From Hydrolagus colliei (taxonomy: Eukaryota), in NCBI GenBank assembly GCA_035084275.1, contig CM068762.1, positions 11,036,001 to 11,100,000 on the forward strand: a DNA stretch of 64,000 bases, in the 5' to 3' direction. The translations under genes were made by a program, and so were the position numbers. Shown in pieces: positions 52,701-64,000 of this stretch; within the stretch, counting starts at the first letter, position 1; each line of letters opens with the position of its first letter. The notes beneath the pieces were generated by a model. The model was not told the DNA's origin. It saw only the letters and a list, made by a program, of their open reading frames with translations, and ran no database searches.

Positions 52701-55700
52701 AGGTTAGTAAAAGGATGTACGGTATGTTTTAAGTGCTTAGTAACACTACTTTAAAGTGTTATATAAATACAAGTTGCTTTTAAGGGGGCATGCTTATTCC
52801 ATTGACAAAGTCTGAGCAGCTGTGCTTTTCATGACATCAAAATTGGAAATACAGTATGTCCTAAAAAATCAGAAGAATAGATGCTTTTAAAAAAGAATAA
52901 TTTTTTAAAAAACATTTCACTCCATTCATTGGTGTCCGATCTTGTTTGGTCTTAAATGACTTTGTGAAAAACCAAGCTCCATCTTGTAGCATACTAATTA
53001 TATTCAGTAGGAGTGAAAATCTAGTCACGAAGTGGTTGGGTGAAGTCGGTGAAACTGACTTTGGGCATTAAGCAACCGAGTTTGGATTTTACCATTATTG
53101 CTGAAAGGACCTGGACAGTATTTTTTTTTTAGGTTTCATATACATACTTTTAGCTTGAGTTCAAAACCATTTATTTTTGTTTGATGCTTAGATGGCTCTG
53201 TTCAATCGGTGATCACATTTGATAGAGGAGGAGAATGGAAACCCTTGCGGAAACCAGAGTACAGTGATTGTGATTCAACCGCCAAAAAACAGGATGAGGT
53301 AAGTTTAAAGTAGCATGGATAATTAATGGGTTTCTTTAATACAAGGATCTTGTATGTTATTCTTCTCCACCCCGCTTCTATTTAATTAGAAACCGTAAGG
53401 TTTGCACTTGCCTGACTACATTAGTATTTCTTGATTTTCAGTCGTGTATGTTCTTGTCTCGTGGCCAACAATTCTGATTAAATTGGCCATTTAAGTCACT
53501 GCTGTTTGTGAGGCGTTGCTGCATAATATTAAATAATAATCTTGACATTTAATACAATTATTTTCACCTCTTCTAGGTGTTTCAAAGCGATTTACAGAAT
53601 ATATTTTAAACTGTATATTTGTGGGTGAAATATTGCAGGCAATTGCACATGTTTGTGTTCCACAAACAATCATGGATTGAAGTGACCCAAGTTATTTTTT
53701 TTTCTTGAGGTATTATTATCAAGTACTTGGAAGTAAAGAAGCTTGCCCAAGCTTTCACCCTGCCAGGAATCTAACCCAGGTCTTTCGCTTGTGAGGCGAG
53801 TGCTCTAACCACTGAGCTACAGGACTCTTTTTGTATGCACATTGGCTGCCATGATCGGCTACAAAATACAATCACTACACTTTACAGTAAATCCTGTTAG
53901 GCGCTTTGAGATGGTTCAATGATGTGATAAGGCACTGTATCAAATGCAATACTGTTATACATTAACTGTGATTTAAATGTTTTTTACAATATATAATGAA
54001 CAACTATATTTTTCACAAATCTATGTAGCAAAAAAAAACTTTATGCGCATTGTCCGAAACTATTTGAAGATGCTTTATAGAGTGGAATACATTTTCTAAT
54101 ATTTCAGTTCCCTAAATCTCTTTTAAGGCATTCTGATATTAACTTTATTTGTAGTGGCTGTTCTAATCTTTTGTGTGTGAATCAAATCTCCACAGTGTAG
54201 TCTACATATCCACGCATCCTATAGCATTTCCCAGAAACTGAACGTACCTATGCTACCATTGTCAGAGCCAAATGCAGTGGGCATCCTCATAGCACACGGT
54301 ATGAAACTCGTATCTGACTTTTCTTTATTTATTACGTATTTCCTGCACTTTTAACGAAACCAACATATTCTTCAGTGTCAGTAGATGGTCTATAAAAGGC
54401 ACATTGGCCACCTTGTTTTTTGTTTTGCTCTTTCAAATATAGTAACTTGTTGTTTTTTAAAAAAAATGGCTTCACACAATAACCCCTTGTTATATCTTCC
54501 CACTGTGAATGGCAAAGGCAGATGACATGCTGATTGATGGCTGCTGTCACTGTTGCTCTAGCTGTTTGCCAAAGTTACCGTGCCAAAACTAAACCCAATG
54601 ACCTGCTTACAGATGATTTGCTGCTTGTGTACTTTGCATTGGAAGCTTGGCTGAGAAAATAACTTGCTCTTTGGAGAATCATTAGTTCCTTTGTTTTGTT
54701 GCAGTGATGTTTCCTTAACCTACCCTAATCAAAAAAAATTGTATGCTCAATTCTTAATTGTAGAAGCATCTTTTCTCTGCCACCCACCCGCATACCCTTG
54801 TTTCTTCTCTCTTAATTTTTTTTTGTTTTAAATTAAATTGTTGCATCTATCACCATAAACAGAAGGACACTCTGAACTGCAGAGTTACTTCATGGCTACT
54901 TTGATTGTTTGGAGGAGGTGTCCTTTTATGGAGGAGGCTATAGCCTTCAGTTTCCTTCCACATCAAGTGTTTAACCATTCTTCAAAGCAACCTAGTCCTA
55001 TTCTTGAGTAACCCCTTAGTTTTTCAGTGAGGATATATAGTGTTGTCCTGTCCCTCCCTCAAAATAAGTTATTTGGCAATACGTGTTGAGTACAGTCTGC
55101 TTGTGTGAGTTCTCCTCTAATGAGCCAATCGAATGTACCTTGTTTGTTGCCTTTGGAAAGCTTACTCCCTACTTTGGCCAAAATGTGTAACTGCTTGCAT
55201 TTTTAATACCTGACATATCTTCTTGCACTTTTAACACCTTGAGATTAATTTGAGGTTAAACAATGAGTGAATTAATTTAGAGAGCATCAAACTAATCTGC
55301 TGCAAAGTGTTGCAAAGTGAATTTTGTTAATCCTTTTGTAAAATGTTATTTTGCAGGGCCATATATATTCTTTTACTGTTTATGTTTGTAAGCACTCTTA
55401 GTAGAGTGGAAAAATATGGTGCGAATTGCTGTTTTTTCATTTGATCCAAAGCCGCTACAGCACACTAAAAACCAACACAATAGTTCAGGGGAAAAACTAG
55501 ACAGCGTTTTTTGATTAGAAATGCTTTTTGAAGTTTTTAATTAAGTTTAGTTACTTTAATGTTTTCTCTTTTAGGCAGTGTTGGCGATGCAATTTCTGTT
55601 ATGACACCTGATGTATATGTGTCGGATGATGGTGGATATTCCTGGTTTAAAGCTCTTAATGGACCTCATCACTACACCATTTTGGACTCGGGTGGCCTGA

Positions 55701-58700
55701 TCGTTGCAATTGAGCAGAATGTATATAACACTGTCAATGATATTAAGTAAGTGTTACTTACTTGTATTTTGTTTCTCCGTGTTCCCAGTCGTGAGAAGAA
55801 TAGGTTATTTTGACCTTCTTTAAGGTCTTGCAATGCTTTGAGAAGTCCTCCCAACATGTAAATCGCATGGATTATTATCATGATCTAGAGAACTGAGACG
55901 AGAAGGGACTTTGCGCGATAATGAGATCTTGCTATTGACACTGAAATATTTGTTAATCACCATATTTTCACCTTGCGCACCCTTTTCATCGCTGTTCTTT
56001 TTGATTCTTAGATTTTCTATTGATGAAGGTCAGTGTTGGTATACCTACAGATTTATTGACAAGCCCATTGTATTTACTGGCCTGGCTTCAGAACCAGGTG
56101 CCAAGTCAATGAATGTCAGTATCTGGGGATATATCGATCTCATCATTACACAGCACTGGGTGTCTATCACCATCGACTTTGAAGAACTTCTTACACGAGA
56201 CTGTGAGTTTATTTCTTTTGAGTTAAACACTATGCATGGACGAATGATTCAGTGGCTTAATAACTTTAGTGATTTAAAAAAAATTATTTGCAGTTTATTG
56301 CGGTTGAAGTAGTATCTTTTTCCAGTTTGTCTTTTATGTTTGACTCAATTTATTGTTTTATTATTTCACTTCAACTGTAATGAAACTGCAATGCATAGAT
56401 CTGATATTGTTCAAGTAGTTGTAACTTTTATGAAGGCGCAGTTATGTGTATGTGTCCCTTGTGTATGTAGCTCTGGAACTCTCCCTAAATCCCTCTAGCT
56501 ACACCCTCTCCACTTTCAAATCCTGCCTAAAGATTGTTTTGTTTGTGCTTACAGCCTCCTCCCTCCTCCCTCTCCCCCCAGTTTGGTGTCAAGACACCTC
56601 CACCACTGTCAACGCTCCTGTGTGAAGGGCGATTATATAAATGCAAGTTGAAACACAAACAGAAATGGCTGGAAACACTCAGTAGGTCAGGTAGCATCTA
56701 TGGAGACAGCACAAGCGAGTCAACGTTTCGGGTCCACTACCCTTTGTTGGAAATCCTTTCTCCGTAGATGCTGCCTGACCTGCGATTCCTGTTTGTGTTT
56801 CAGACTTCCGGCACCTGCATTATTTCGCGTTTTTATAAATGAAAGTTGTTTTTGTTGTAGCATTACTATAAATACAGGTTGCAGCATCATGTGTGTTGAA
56901 ATTACTGCTACTTCTGCAGGCGGTGACGATGATTACATCCAGTGGCTTGCACATTCAAGCAATGTTAGTGACCCCAACAATGGCTGCATTTTGGGTTTCA
57001 AAGAAAAATTCCAACGCCTACGAAAATCTTCACTCTGCCGAAATGGACGTGACTACATCGTGAATAAACAGCCTAATGTTTGCCTTTGCACTCTGGATGA
57101 TTATTTATGGTAAGGTATTTAACAGAAATGTCGTAAAGTTTCTCTTCCCCCCCCCTCACTCTCCCCCACAGTTTATTTTGTCCTAACACCTCAAGACCTT
57201 CTTCTTCTACCCTCCATCCCTCCTGATTTCCCCCCACCTGCAGCTTGGGTGCACACCATTAACTTTCCAGTACTCTTGGATGTCCTCTAGACATGAAAAG
57301 CACTGCACAAATAGAATGAGTTGTTTTGCCGTTGAAAGCTTTCACTTTGTACTAAGTTCCTTTCCGGTTCCCGCCATTTATTTGGGAAAGGGGTGGTATA
57401 TCACAAGTGGCTAAGTACTCAATAGTATAGAGAGAGAAGATTGCCATCTTGGTTGAGAACCTGCCATTCTGGTATGATTTTCATGCCTGAAATATGATGT
57501 GAGAGTTTAGATCTGCCAAGGGTACTATTGAGGGTGTGGGTTATGGTGAGGAAGAAAAAAAAGTGGAAATTAAATTATTGAGTGGACAATGTTGCTCTGG
57601 TATTGAAATTAATTAATTATAATTGAACGATTTGCTGACTATTCAATTTTTTTGCAGTGATTTCGGATACTATCGACCAGAAAATAGCTCCAAATGTCTG
57701 GAACAGGCTGATTTGCAAGGTCATGACTTGGAATTCTGCTTACAAGGAAAAAAAGAGAATTTAAAGACAACTGGGTAATTTTTTTAAAGTTTTTTAAAGG
57801 AGACTTAAAGGGAATTTTATTTTATGAGATCAGTACACATCCAGCCCTATTCAAGTTGTATTTCTGTATTTACTTAATGCATTATCATTTCCTTTGTGAA
57901 TCAAGGCGGCAAATGGTGGAAGAATTAGAATTGGACAGTCATTCCTGGTTGTTTGCAATATTCTTAAGTATTGTGACCAAGATATTTACTTGATCTTATT
58001 GCAGCTGGCTTTATTCAAGTGACTTTAATAAATGAAATGTTGTGTGCTTCAATTGGACACAACCTACTTTGTGAAAATCTTTAACTTCCATTGGATCAAT
58101 TTTTATCTGAATTCCCTTTAAACAAAAATTGTCATTTACTTCTTGGAATCATATTATTTGATCATTTAGTTGTATGTATCTGAAAGATGTATTTTTTTAA
58201 TGCACAAAATAGATTTTTGTTGGTGTTTCCGATTCTTTTATTTCAAATTAAACTTATTTTCTGAATTTGTCCACCTTACAAAAAAAACTTGTATTAAAAG
58301 ATTTATTAAACCTTTCTTAGGTACCGAAAAATTCCAGGGGACAAATGTCATGGAGGTATACAACTGAATCGGTCAGAGGAGGATATTAGCAAAAAGTGCA
58401 TCAGTAACTTGCTGACCCCTGAAAAGCTGGTAAGAACTGCTCCAGTTTTTTGCACTTTACCAGAATGAGAAACAGGGAGGCCTGAATGATTATTCCTGAT
58501 TTTCAAGCTTTCAAACTAGATGTTGATCCACATTCCCCGCTTTGTATTGTGGGTCAAATAGTATTGCCCGAAATGTGAATGAAAATTTAAAACTGCAATA
58601 GTTCATGTAATAAAAAATGAGGCAATAGTTCTTCTCCGGTTGGGTTAAAGTGCTTTCTTGGGACTGTGAAATGATTTCTACTCTGCATCTGACCTGACCT

Positions 58701-60511
58701 TTATGTACTCAATGCTGACATAGTGCCATGGATGTTTTGTTTGATTTTAGGCTGATTCCTCGGGATCCAGGGTAATCCCAATCGTTGCCATTGTAATGGG
58801 ATTATTACTGGTATTGTTAATAGTTGGAACATTTGTTATAAAGAAGTACGTGTGTGGTGGAAGGTGAGAGTATGATTTATTTTGTATATATTTCTCTGCG
58901 CTTTGTAAAAGATAGTGCGGTGAATTATTTTTTGAGTCGCTTTATAACTTTGTGCAGTATAATAGCCTGACTGATGGACACACTAAATGCGGTGTATAGT
59001 GTGTGTGTTCCCTTTGTTGCTCTGTCCATAAATCTGACAAAACACTGGAGCATTGTTGTGTTTTTGATGGCGAGATTGGTTAATGACTGACAGGGATACT
59101 ACCAATCAGCGCAGAAGAAAAAAAATTACCAACATGCTGTGCGCACAGAATGTGTGGGTATGGGTTTGTGACGTTTGATTCCTTTGTGTAGAAGAGATAC
59201 ACCCACAAAGAATAGTCAATTCATGTTACGGTATATTCTGTGCAGCACTTTGAGATGTCTCTATGACATTGCTCCTCTTCGACTGCGCCTTCGGCTGCCC
59301 CACTAACTCTCCCCACTCTCCTTCCCTTTCCCCCTACCCTGACTTTTCAGCGCTTTGGGACGTCCTCCCAATGTGAAAGGCGCTTTATAAGTGCAAGTTG
59401 TTGTTGTTGTCTCACTGTATCGAATGCACAGATTATTATTATAGACCAGGGCGAAACCTTGCGCAAGTTTCCTTACTCCACACGCCTAATAATAATGCGT
59501 TCCCCCCCCAAAAAAATATTTTAAAAATTGGTCATTTCAATCCACGACTGTTTGTGGAATGCTGCTGTGAGAAATTGGCTGCCGCGTTCTGCCCACAAAT
59601 CAGTTCACTTTACAGTATAGTGAAGCGCTTTGAGATGTTGGTAAGATGTCAAAAACGCTATTTCAAATGCAATTATTAAAAGCTATTTCCACATAATAAC
59701 AAGCTGTTTTTATCGACTGATAGTCAAGGATGGTCTAAACTTTGCGTTGTTCAGGTTTTTGGTACATCGCTACTCAGTATTGCAGCAGCATGCTGAGGCC
59801 AACGCCGTGGATGAATTGGATACTAACGTAACCGCCAATAAAACGGAATACCACGATGACTCTGATGAGGTAAGTGAACTTGGTTAGATACTTTTGTCCG
59901 TTTCAACTTCTCAAGCAAAGTTGGAATTAGTCTCATTGTGTTTTTGCCTGTTCCTTATTGCTAATGTTTCACCTCAAAAGTGAGATGCCCTGGTCAGAAT
60001 TATGCGATTGGAATTTGGAATTTATATACAAAGGAGCATAAATGTGCTCTTCCCGTTACCACCATCGGAGACCGGGGCTGACAGCCTTTCTGTGCCCATC
60101 CTCTGTAACCCCATCCTAGAGCCCATCTCCTACCTACACCTTTGCCTCCTTCAGAGCCCTTTGTCTTCAACTGTGCCTTCAATCACCTCCCACCTCCACC
60201 CTTCCTTGCCCTCCACCCTCTTGACTCCAGCCCCGATCTTGGGCACAAACCCTTCACTTTCCCAACACCTTGGGATGTCCTCCCAACTTGAAAAGTACTG
60301 TATAAAAACGATTTATATATATATAAAAAATATATGTGTGTGTACAGTCAATTCACTTTACAGTGTACTCTGATGCGCTTTGAGACGTCTAGAAGACGTG
60401 AAAAGTGCTATATCAAAGCAAGGATTATTATTGTTATTTATTGTTGTTCACTCCGGTCGAATCCAAACATTAACACCAAACTTTTTTTTGTGATAGGATC
60501 TTCTGGAATAG
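40379..60511 (+). CDS. SORT1: Sortilin 1 (VPS10-domain receptor), 20 coding exons, 2529 nt, 842 aa
   Basis: join(40379-40723,46577-46636,48289-48362,48908-49010,49217-49378,50020-50093,50485-50534,50878-51005,51821-51965,52547-52702,53192-53298,54196-54298,55575-55746,56012-56202,56920-57109,57658-57774,58321-58429,58751-58863,59755-59869,60497-60511). Encodes a signal peptide, furin-type RDKR, Asp-box repeats (SxDxGxxW/F), a Cys-rich 10CC module, a TM helix and the tail [17 protein letters not shown]...HDDSDEDLLE*. All introns are GT-AG and the frame is continuous. Confidence 0.97.
40960..41312 (-). mobile_element. tRNA-derived SINE in SORT1 intron 1
   Basis: Family motifs on the minus strand. 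Confidence 0.88.
43775..43874 (+). mobile_element. Penelope-like terminal repeat remnant
   Basis: TGACGAAGGGTTGGAGACCCGAAACGTTGAC…GATGCTG.TTGACCTGCTGAG; homologous to 3513-3610. Confidence 0.6.
46577..46636 (+). CDS. SORT1: SORT1 exon 2 ([20 protein letters not shown])
   Basis: tttcag| ... GGT|GTAAGT. Confidence 0.95.
47195..48117. mobile_element. Non-autonomous hAT-type DNA transposon (923 bp) in SORT1 intron 2
   Basis: 16-bp TIR TAGGGAACGGCGATAT/ATATCGCCGTTCCCTA; perfect 8-bp TSD GTGTGAAT at 47187-47194 and 48118-48125; subterminal CGATAT repeats. Confidence 0.92.
47437..47830 (+). repeat. G-rich tandem repeat (unit ~GGGGAGAGAGACGGCTGGGGG) inside the hAT element
   Basis: About a dozen imperfect ~25-35 bp units. 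Confidence 0.85.
48289..48362 (+). CDS. SORT1: SORT1 exon 3 ([24 protein letters not shown])
   Basis: ttcacag| ... AG|GTAATG. Confidence 0.95.
48469..48834. mobile_element. Tigger/pogo-like MITE in SORT1 intron 3
   Basis: TA|CAGTGAAAGCCCTTTATC … GATAAAAAGGCTTCTACTG|TA; TA TSD. Confidence 0.72.
48908..49010 (+). CDS. SORT1: SORT1 exon 4 (SENYGKNF...GPENSGK)
   Basis: atttcag| ... AAG|GTAAAA. Confidence 0.96.
49217..49378 (+). CDS. SORT1: SORT1 exon 5 (VILTADVSG...LLALSKD)
   Basis: cttcag| ... GAC|GTAAGT. Confidence 0.95.
50020..50093 (+). CDS. SORT1: SORT1 exon 6 ([25 protein letters not shown])
   Basis: ttccag| ... TG|GTAAGT. Confidence 0.95.
50485..50534 (+). CDS. SORT1: SORT1 exon 7 ([16 protein letters not shown])
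   Basis: ttccag| ... A|GTAAGT. Confidence 0.94.
50878..51005 (+). CDS. SORT1: SORT1 exon 8 (…[19 protein letters not shown])
   Basis: ttttcag| ... AAG|GTAAAG. Confidence 0.95.
51821..51965 (+). CDS. SORT1: SORT1 exon 9 (…WNMAQLP…[10 protein letters not shown])
   Basis: gtgtag| ... G|GTAGGT. Confidence 0.96.
52547..52702 (+). CDS. SORT1: SORT1 exon 10 ([14 protein letters not shown]…TSVLAE)
   Basis: tttcag| ... G|GTTAGT. Confidence 0.97.
53192..53298 (+). CDS. SORT1: SORT1 exon 11 (…ITFDRGGEW…[10 protein letters not shown])
   Basis: gcttag| ... GAG|GTAAGT. Confidence 0.96.
53533..53827 (-). mobile_element. tRNA-derived SINE in SORT1 intron 11, diverged
   Basis: Family motifs. Confidence 0.8.
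54196..54298 (+). CDS. SORT1: SORT1 exon 12 ([19 protein letters not shown]…IAH)
   Basis: ccacag| ... G|GTATGA. Confidence 0.97.
55575..55746 (+). CDS. SORT1: SORT1 exon 13 ([24 protein letters not shown]…)
   Basis: ttttag| ... AA|GTAAGT. Confidence 0.97.
56012..56202 (+). CDS. SORT1: SORT1 exon 14 (FSIDEGQCW…TGLASEPG…LTRD)
   Basis: ttcttag| ... T|GTGAGT. Confidence 0.97.
56650..56835. mobile_element. Inverted Penelope-like terminal repeat remnant
   Basis: CAGTAGGTCAGGTAGCATCTATGGAGA … TCTCCGTAGATGCTGCCTGACCTGC. Confidence 0.6.
56920..57109 (+). CDS. SORT1: SORT1 exon 15 (10CC: DYIQWLAHS…GCILG…CRNGRDY…)
   Basis: tctgcag| ... TG|GTAAGG. Confidence 0.97.
57658..57774 (+). CDS. SORT1: SORT1 exon 16 ([10 protein letters not shown]…LEFC…)
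   Basis: tttgcag| ... GG|GTAATT. Confidence 0.96.
58321..58429 (+). CDS. SORT1: SORT1 exon 17 (YRKIPGDKC…KKC…PEKL)
   Basis: ttcttag| ... CTG|GTAAGA. Confidence 0.96.
58751..58863 (+). CDS. SORT1: SORT1 exon 18 (transmembrane helix, KKYVCGG)
   Basis: ttttag| ... AG|GTGAGA. Confidence 0.96.
59445..59678 (+). mobile_element. 5'-truncated SINE in SORT1 intron 18
   Basis: Body and tail motifs. Confidence 0.78.
59755..59869 (+). CDS. SORT1: SORT1 exon 19 ([16 protein letters not shown]…HDDSDE)
   Basis: gttcag| ... GAG|GTAAGT; YSVL sorting motif. Confidence 0.97.
60497..60511 (+). CDS. SORT1: SORT1 exon 20 coding part (DLLE*), followed by a long 3' UTR
   Basis: gtgatag|GAT CTT CTG GAA TAG completes the acidic DXXLL GGA-binding motif. 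Confidence 0.93.
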   Translation, partial: DLLE

Positions 60512-61439
60512 ACTCTTCTGCAAAAGTGAGAGATGCTGGTTCATTTTCCTGTATGAAGCTGTACTTTTCTTGCCAAACATCACCATAAAAGTGGTGCTGT
60601 TGCTTTGTCTTGGGTGTTTCCCTATTAAATACATAACCCGATTCCACGGCATCAAAGACCCAGTGAGACTTTCTAAAGCTGCAATCACCAGTTTCATCTG
60701 TTTATCAGAGTGAAACTGCCTTCATGTACTTGTGTTCTTTAAAAAAAAAGCGCCTCTTTTTATGTGTTTTTGATGAGGTGGGAGTGGAAAAGGTCAGAAA
60801 ATGCTCCATAGAAATAATTAACGGAATCGTTAATTAGAGTTTTTAAAAATATATATATTGGGAGTGGGTTTTGGAGAACTGCTTTCATCGCACTCTGGAT
60901 TACGGCTGACATTGAGCTCCCCTGGACTCTTGTTATGATTAGAGCAAATGATCTTTTTTCAAGTGAAGAGACAAGATACGGGCATCGGGCAAGATACGTT
61001 CACTTTCCGGCTGCAGATAACTTGTGAAACGTTTATGTGTATGGAGTTGTTTTTTACACAAAAGAAATGCAAGTGATGCCTCTCAAAAAGAAAATTGCTG
61101 CTTGAACCACTAAGTTTCAAAGTATTGGAAAATGATAAGTAATATTCAGCCTGTAACTACCAACTCTGTGTGTTTTATTGCAGTACTTGATGTTTTTTCT
61201 TGAATGTTTTGAAATTCTAACAGTGATTTTGTTTTCGTTTGTTGACCTATGTTTCTACTGAATAGTTTTCCCACTGAGTAGTCTGCCCGCCCGGGTGTCA
61301 GTTTTAACGTTAGACCTTCTCTGATCAGGCACGTTTAAATATTTTATTGGAGAACAAATTCTCTTAGATATTCTTTATAAGGAGTTTATTTTGTATAGTA
61401 GTATAAAGTAGTGCCTCTTTCGCAACCCTGAAGAAATGA

Positions 61440-61697
61440 GCATTGAGGGATTTTCATGGAATTCCATCCCCCAATCCCTCCGTCTCGTTTCTTCCCTTTC
61501 CTCTTTCAAGGCCGGTTTGAAGACTTTCCTCTTCGACCGTGCCTTTTGTTCCACCCAGAATTTTTCGACCTCCCCTACGTGTTTCACCCCTCCCCGTACA
61601 CTCCCCTCCCAGCTCGGGTCACACTCCTCCTGTGCAGCGCCTTGGGACGTCCTCCCGACGAGAAAGGCGCTTTATAAATGTAATTTGTTGTTGTTTT
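61440..61697 (+). mobile_element. L2-type LINE 3' end in the probable SORT1 3' UTR
   Basis: WNSIPQSLR…FKAGLKTFLFDRAF plus tail GCGCCTTGGGACGTCCTCCCGACG.GAAAGGCGCT…(TTG)n. Confidence 0.8.
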
Positions 61698-63032
61698 CAC
61701 ACATTTGGAAATTCTAATCAATCAATCAATAACCATAATCTCTTATTTAAGAATTGCGGAAAAAACAAAACTAGCATGTACATGCCCCTTGGTGTAGGAA
61801 ATAAATAGCAGTGTGTGGACTTGGTTTACTTGCTGTTTCCAGAATAAACCTTTCCAACTGGAATTCTGTCTGTATTTGAAATTTGAAAAGCATTGTGAAT
61901 GTTGTTTCCATGGATTCATAGAAATACAGATATGATGTGATTTCAAAATTACACAGTGGATTGAATTCCCAGTGAAATTGTTTGTGGCGAGTAATCCCAG
62001 TTTCCCTGCTGCAGTGAGGTGGTACAGAGTGATATAAAAAAAATTAATGATTTCCTTGCATTTTGCAGTCTTGTAACAGTTGCATTTGCTTTTCATTGTT
62101 TCCTTTTTTGTGTTTTATATTTGGCTTATTTCTTATAAATCTTAGAGATCACAGTGGCAGTATGTTTCAGTGCAATTGTGTTAACCGTTGTGACTTCAGC
62201 AACGAGTCCTTGACAACCAAGATTTCATGTTAGATTTTGTATCTGTACTGTTGCAATACTACATGGAGTATTTCCATACCCAGGCTGTTAGTATGTGAAG
62301 CACATTTCTTCCATACACTTATCACAGGCTACAACTGCTTTTTTTAAATTTTATGACTATCTGTCAAAGCTGAATGCTTTATGATTGTTTGATTATTCTG
62401 GGATGTGAGCAATTTTTCTTCAGTATCCAATAGGATGTTTTATAGCTGTTGGTGTAGCTTTATAACCACTCGATCTTGACATTTAATCATAAGAATACAT
62501 TTGAATACTTGCCAATCTTCAGTTCAGTTGTAACCAGATACAGATCTTTTGATTTCATAAAGGAAAGGGTATACGTGTGGGTGGAGACATATTGTCTTGG
62601 ATTTCACATGACAAGGTGCAAGGTAAGGAATGTGCAAGAGCTTAACTGAATTGACCTCAAAATATTCGGTAAATGTCAGTAAGTTTTAAAAGATCTGAAC
62701 TTGATTAGTTTTCGGATATTTCAGTGACAATTTTAGACTTGACAGGAATCATGAATATCCTGATTATTGGTTTGCAAAATCAACTGGTAATAAGCTAACC
62801 ATAAAATTAATTTAATGCAATTTGTGTGTTTTAAAAAAAAATAAAGTATCATGTTTAGTTTACGTTGTAAGTTTTTTTTCCCACACCTCCCTCAATATTG
62901 TTTTAATCCAATCTACCCCACAGTATGAGCCTGAAACCAAGCCCGTCTCACTCGCCTTTCAAAATGTTATTTATTTGCTTCAATGGAATACCAAATGTTT
63001 ATGTTGGTCATAAAGGTTTATTTTCCCCCCAA

Positions 63033-63400
63033 GAAACAACAACAAAATTATGTATAGCACCTTTCATGTTGGGAGGACATCCCAAGGCGCTGGACAGTCA
63101 GTGTTTTTGACCTGAGCTGGGGTCGGGATTGGGGAAAAGGAAGGGAAATGGGGTGACTGATGGCATGATTGAGAGGAGGGTCTTGAAGAGGCCAAGGAGG
63201 GGGGACGAGGCGGAGGGATTGCGAAATTGAATTCCAAAGATTGGGGCAGAGTGGCTGAAGGCTCCCCCACGAGTGGTAGGTTGGGGGACATGGAATAGGA
63301 CGGAGCCTGCTGAGCGGAGGGAGCAGGCAGGTTGGTAGAGGGTTAGGAGGTCACCAATGTGGGTGGGATGGAGCGGAGGTTATAGAGGGCTTCATTATTG
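63033..63400 (-). mobile_element. L2-type LINE 3' end
   Basis: Same tail and ORF2 end on the minus strand. Confidence 0.75.
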
Positions 63401-64000
63401 GAGGTAATATCCGGATACATTTGTCCTTCATTTGGTGGCTATGTTTGTGTCAGCTACTGTGCTTGAATTGGTTGCTACATTTGCCTACAAATACGGTCAC
63501 TTCTAATATTAATAATCCTTGCATTTGATTATATGTTTAGAAGACGTGAAACGCGCTATATCAAATTCAAGGATTATTATTAGCAAAAACACAATTTTTT
63601 TTAAAAAGCTAAATTATCATTGGTTAGAGAAAAATGTGAACAAAGCAATTTAAGGAATTTTCCTGGAAAATATCATTAACCAGCCCACACGGTGTGTAAT
63701 GTAATGTAGGGCACATGGACTATAATAGATCAAGTGGGATTTGTCCCATAGTATTGACTGGCTGAAGACTGAAGAGTTTTCTGCTTTGCCCTAACTAAAA
63801 CCATTGTCCAGCTTCCACTAGTGCATCAAATGATGTGAGGACTGTCAACTGCATCGCAGATGGTCTAACGATGGCGGTGAAGAAGTGAAGGGGAGCTGGT
63901 CGGTCTCAGTGTAATGGTGACCAGTCAGTTTGAAGGCACGGGTAACAACATGTTTGTTGATGGTTTGTTTGCAAACGCTGTTTGGGTCTCCTATGGCAAC

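Noticed and set aside
58430-58750. Equivalent of mammalian SORT1 exon 17b
   Set aside because: The 321-bp intron has no convincing internal acceptor/donor pair or UG-rich tract.

Overview
Eukaryotic (vertebrate) genomic DNA, not prokaryotic. The SINE, L2, CR1 and Penelope-type repeats suggest a cartilaginous fish, probably a holocephalan such as Callorhinchus milii (inference). Three spliced genes can be reconstructed from splice sites and reading frame. (1) The first two coding exons of a RASSF5/NORE1A-like gene on the minus strand (22239-22782 and 1726-1847), with a ~20.4 kb first intron; the gene continues off the left edge. (2) A complete 9-exon PSMA5 (+, 32323-37470, 241 aa). (3) A complete 20-exon SORT1/sortilin (+, 40379-60511, 842 aa). 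Non-coding DNA is dominated by ~30 copies or fragments of a tRNA-derived SINE with a DeuSINE-like body and L2-like tail. It also holds L2 and CR1 3' fragments, three Tigger/pogo-like MITEs, one intact hAT-type element with a perfect 8-bp TSD, and Penelope-type termini with hammerhead-like cores. There are two assembly gaps. Most ORFs in the supplied track are spurious. I see no convincing new multi-gene system. The best leads are two abutting perfect hairpins between PSMA5 and SORT1, CCAAT arrays built by tandem repetition in both promoters, a possible divergent spliced transcript from the PSMA5 promoter toward RASSF5, hammerhead-like relics, and modular SINE evolution. Repeat boundaries are approximate, and family assignments are from recall, not database searches.
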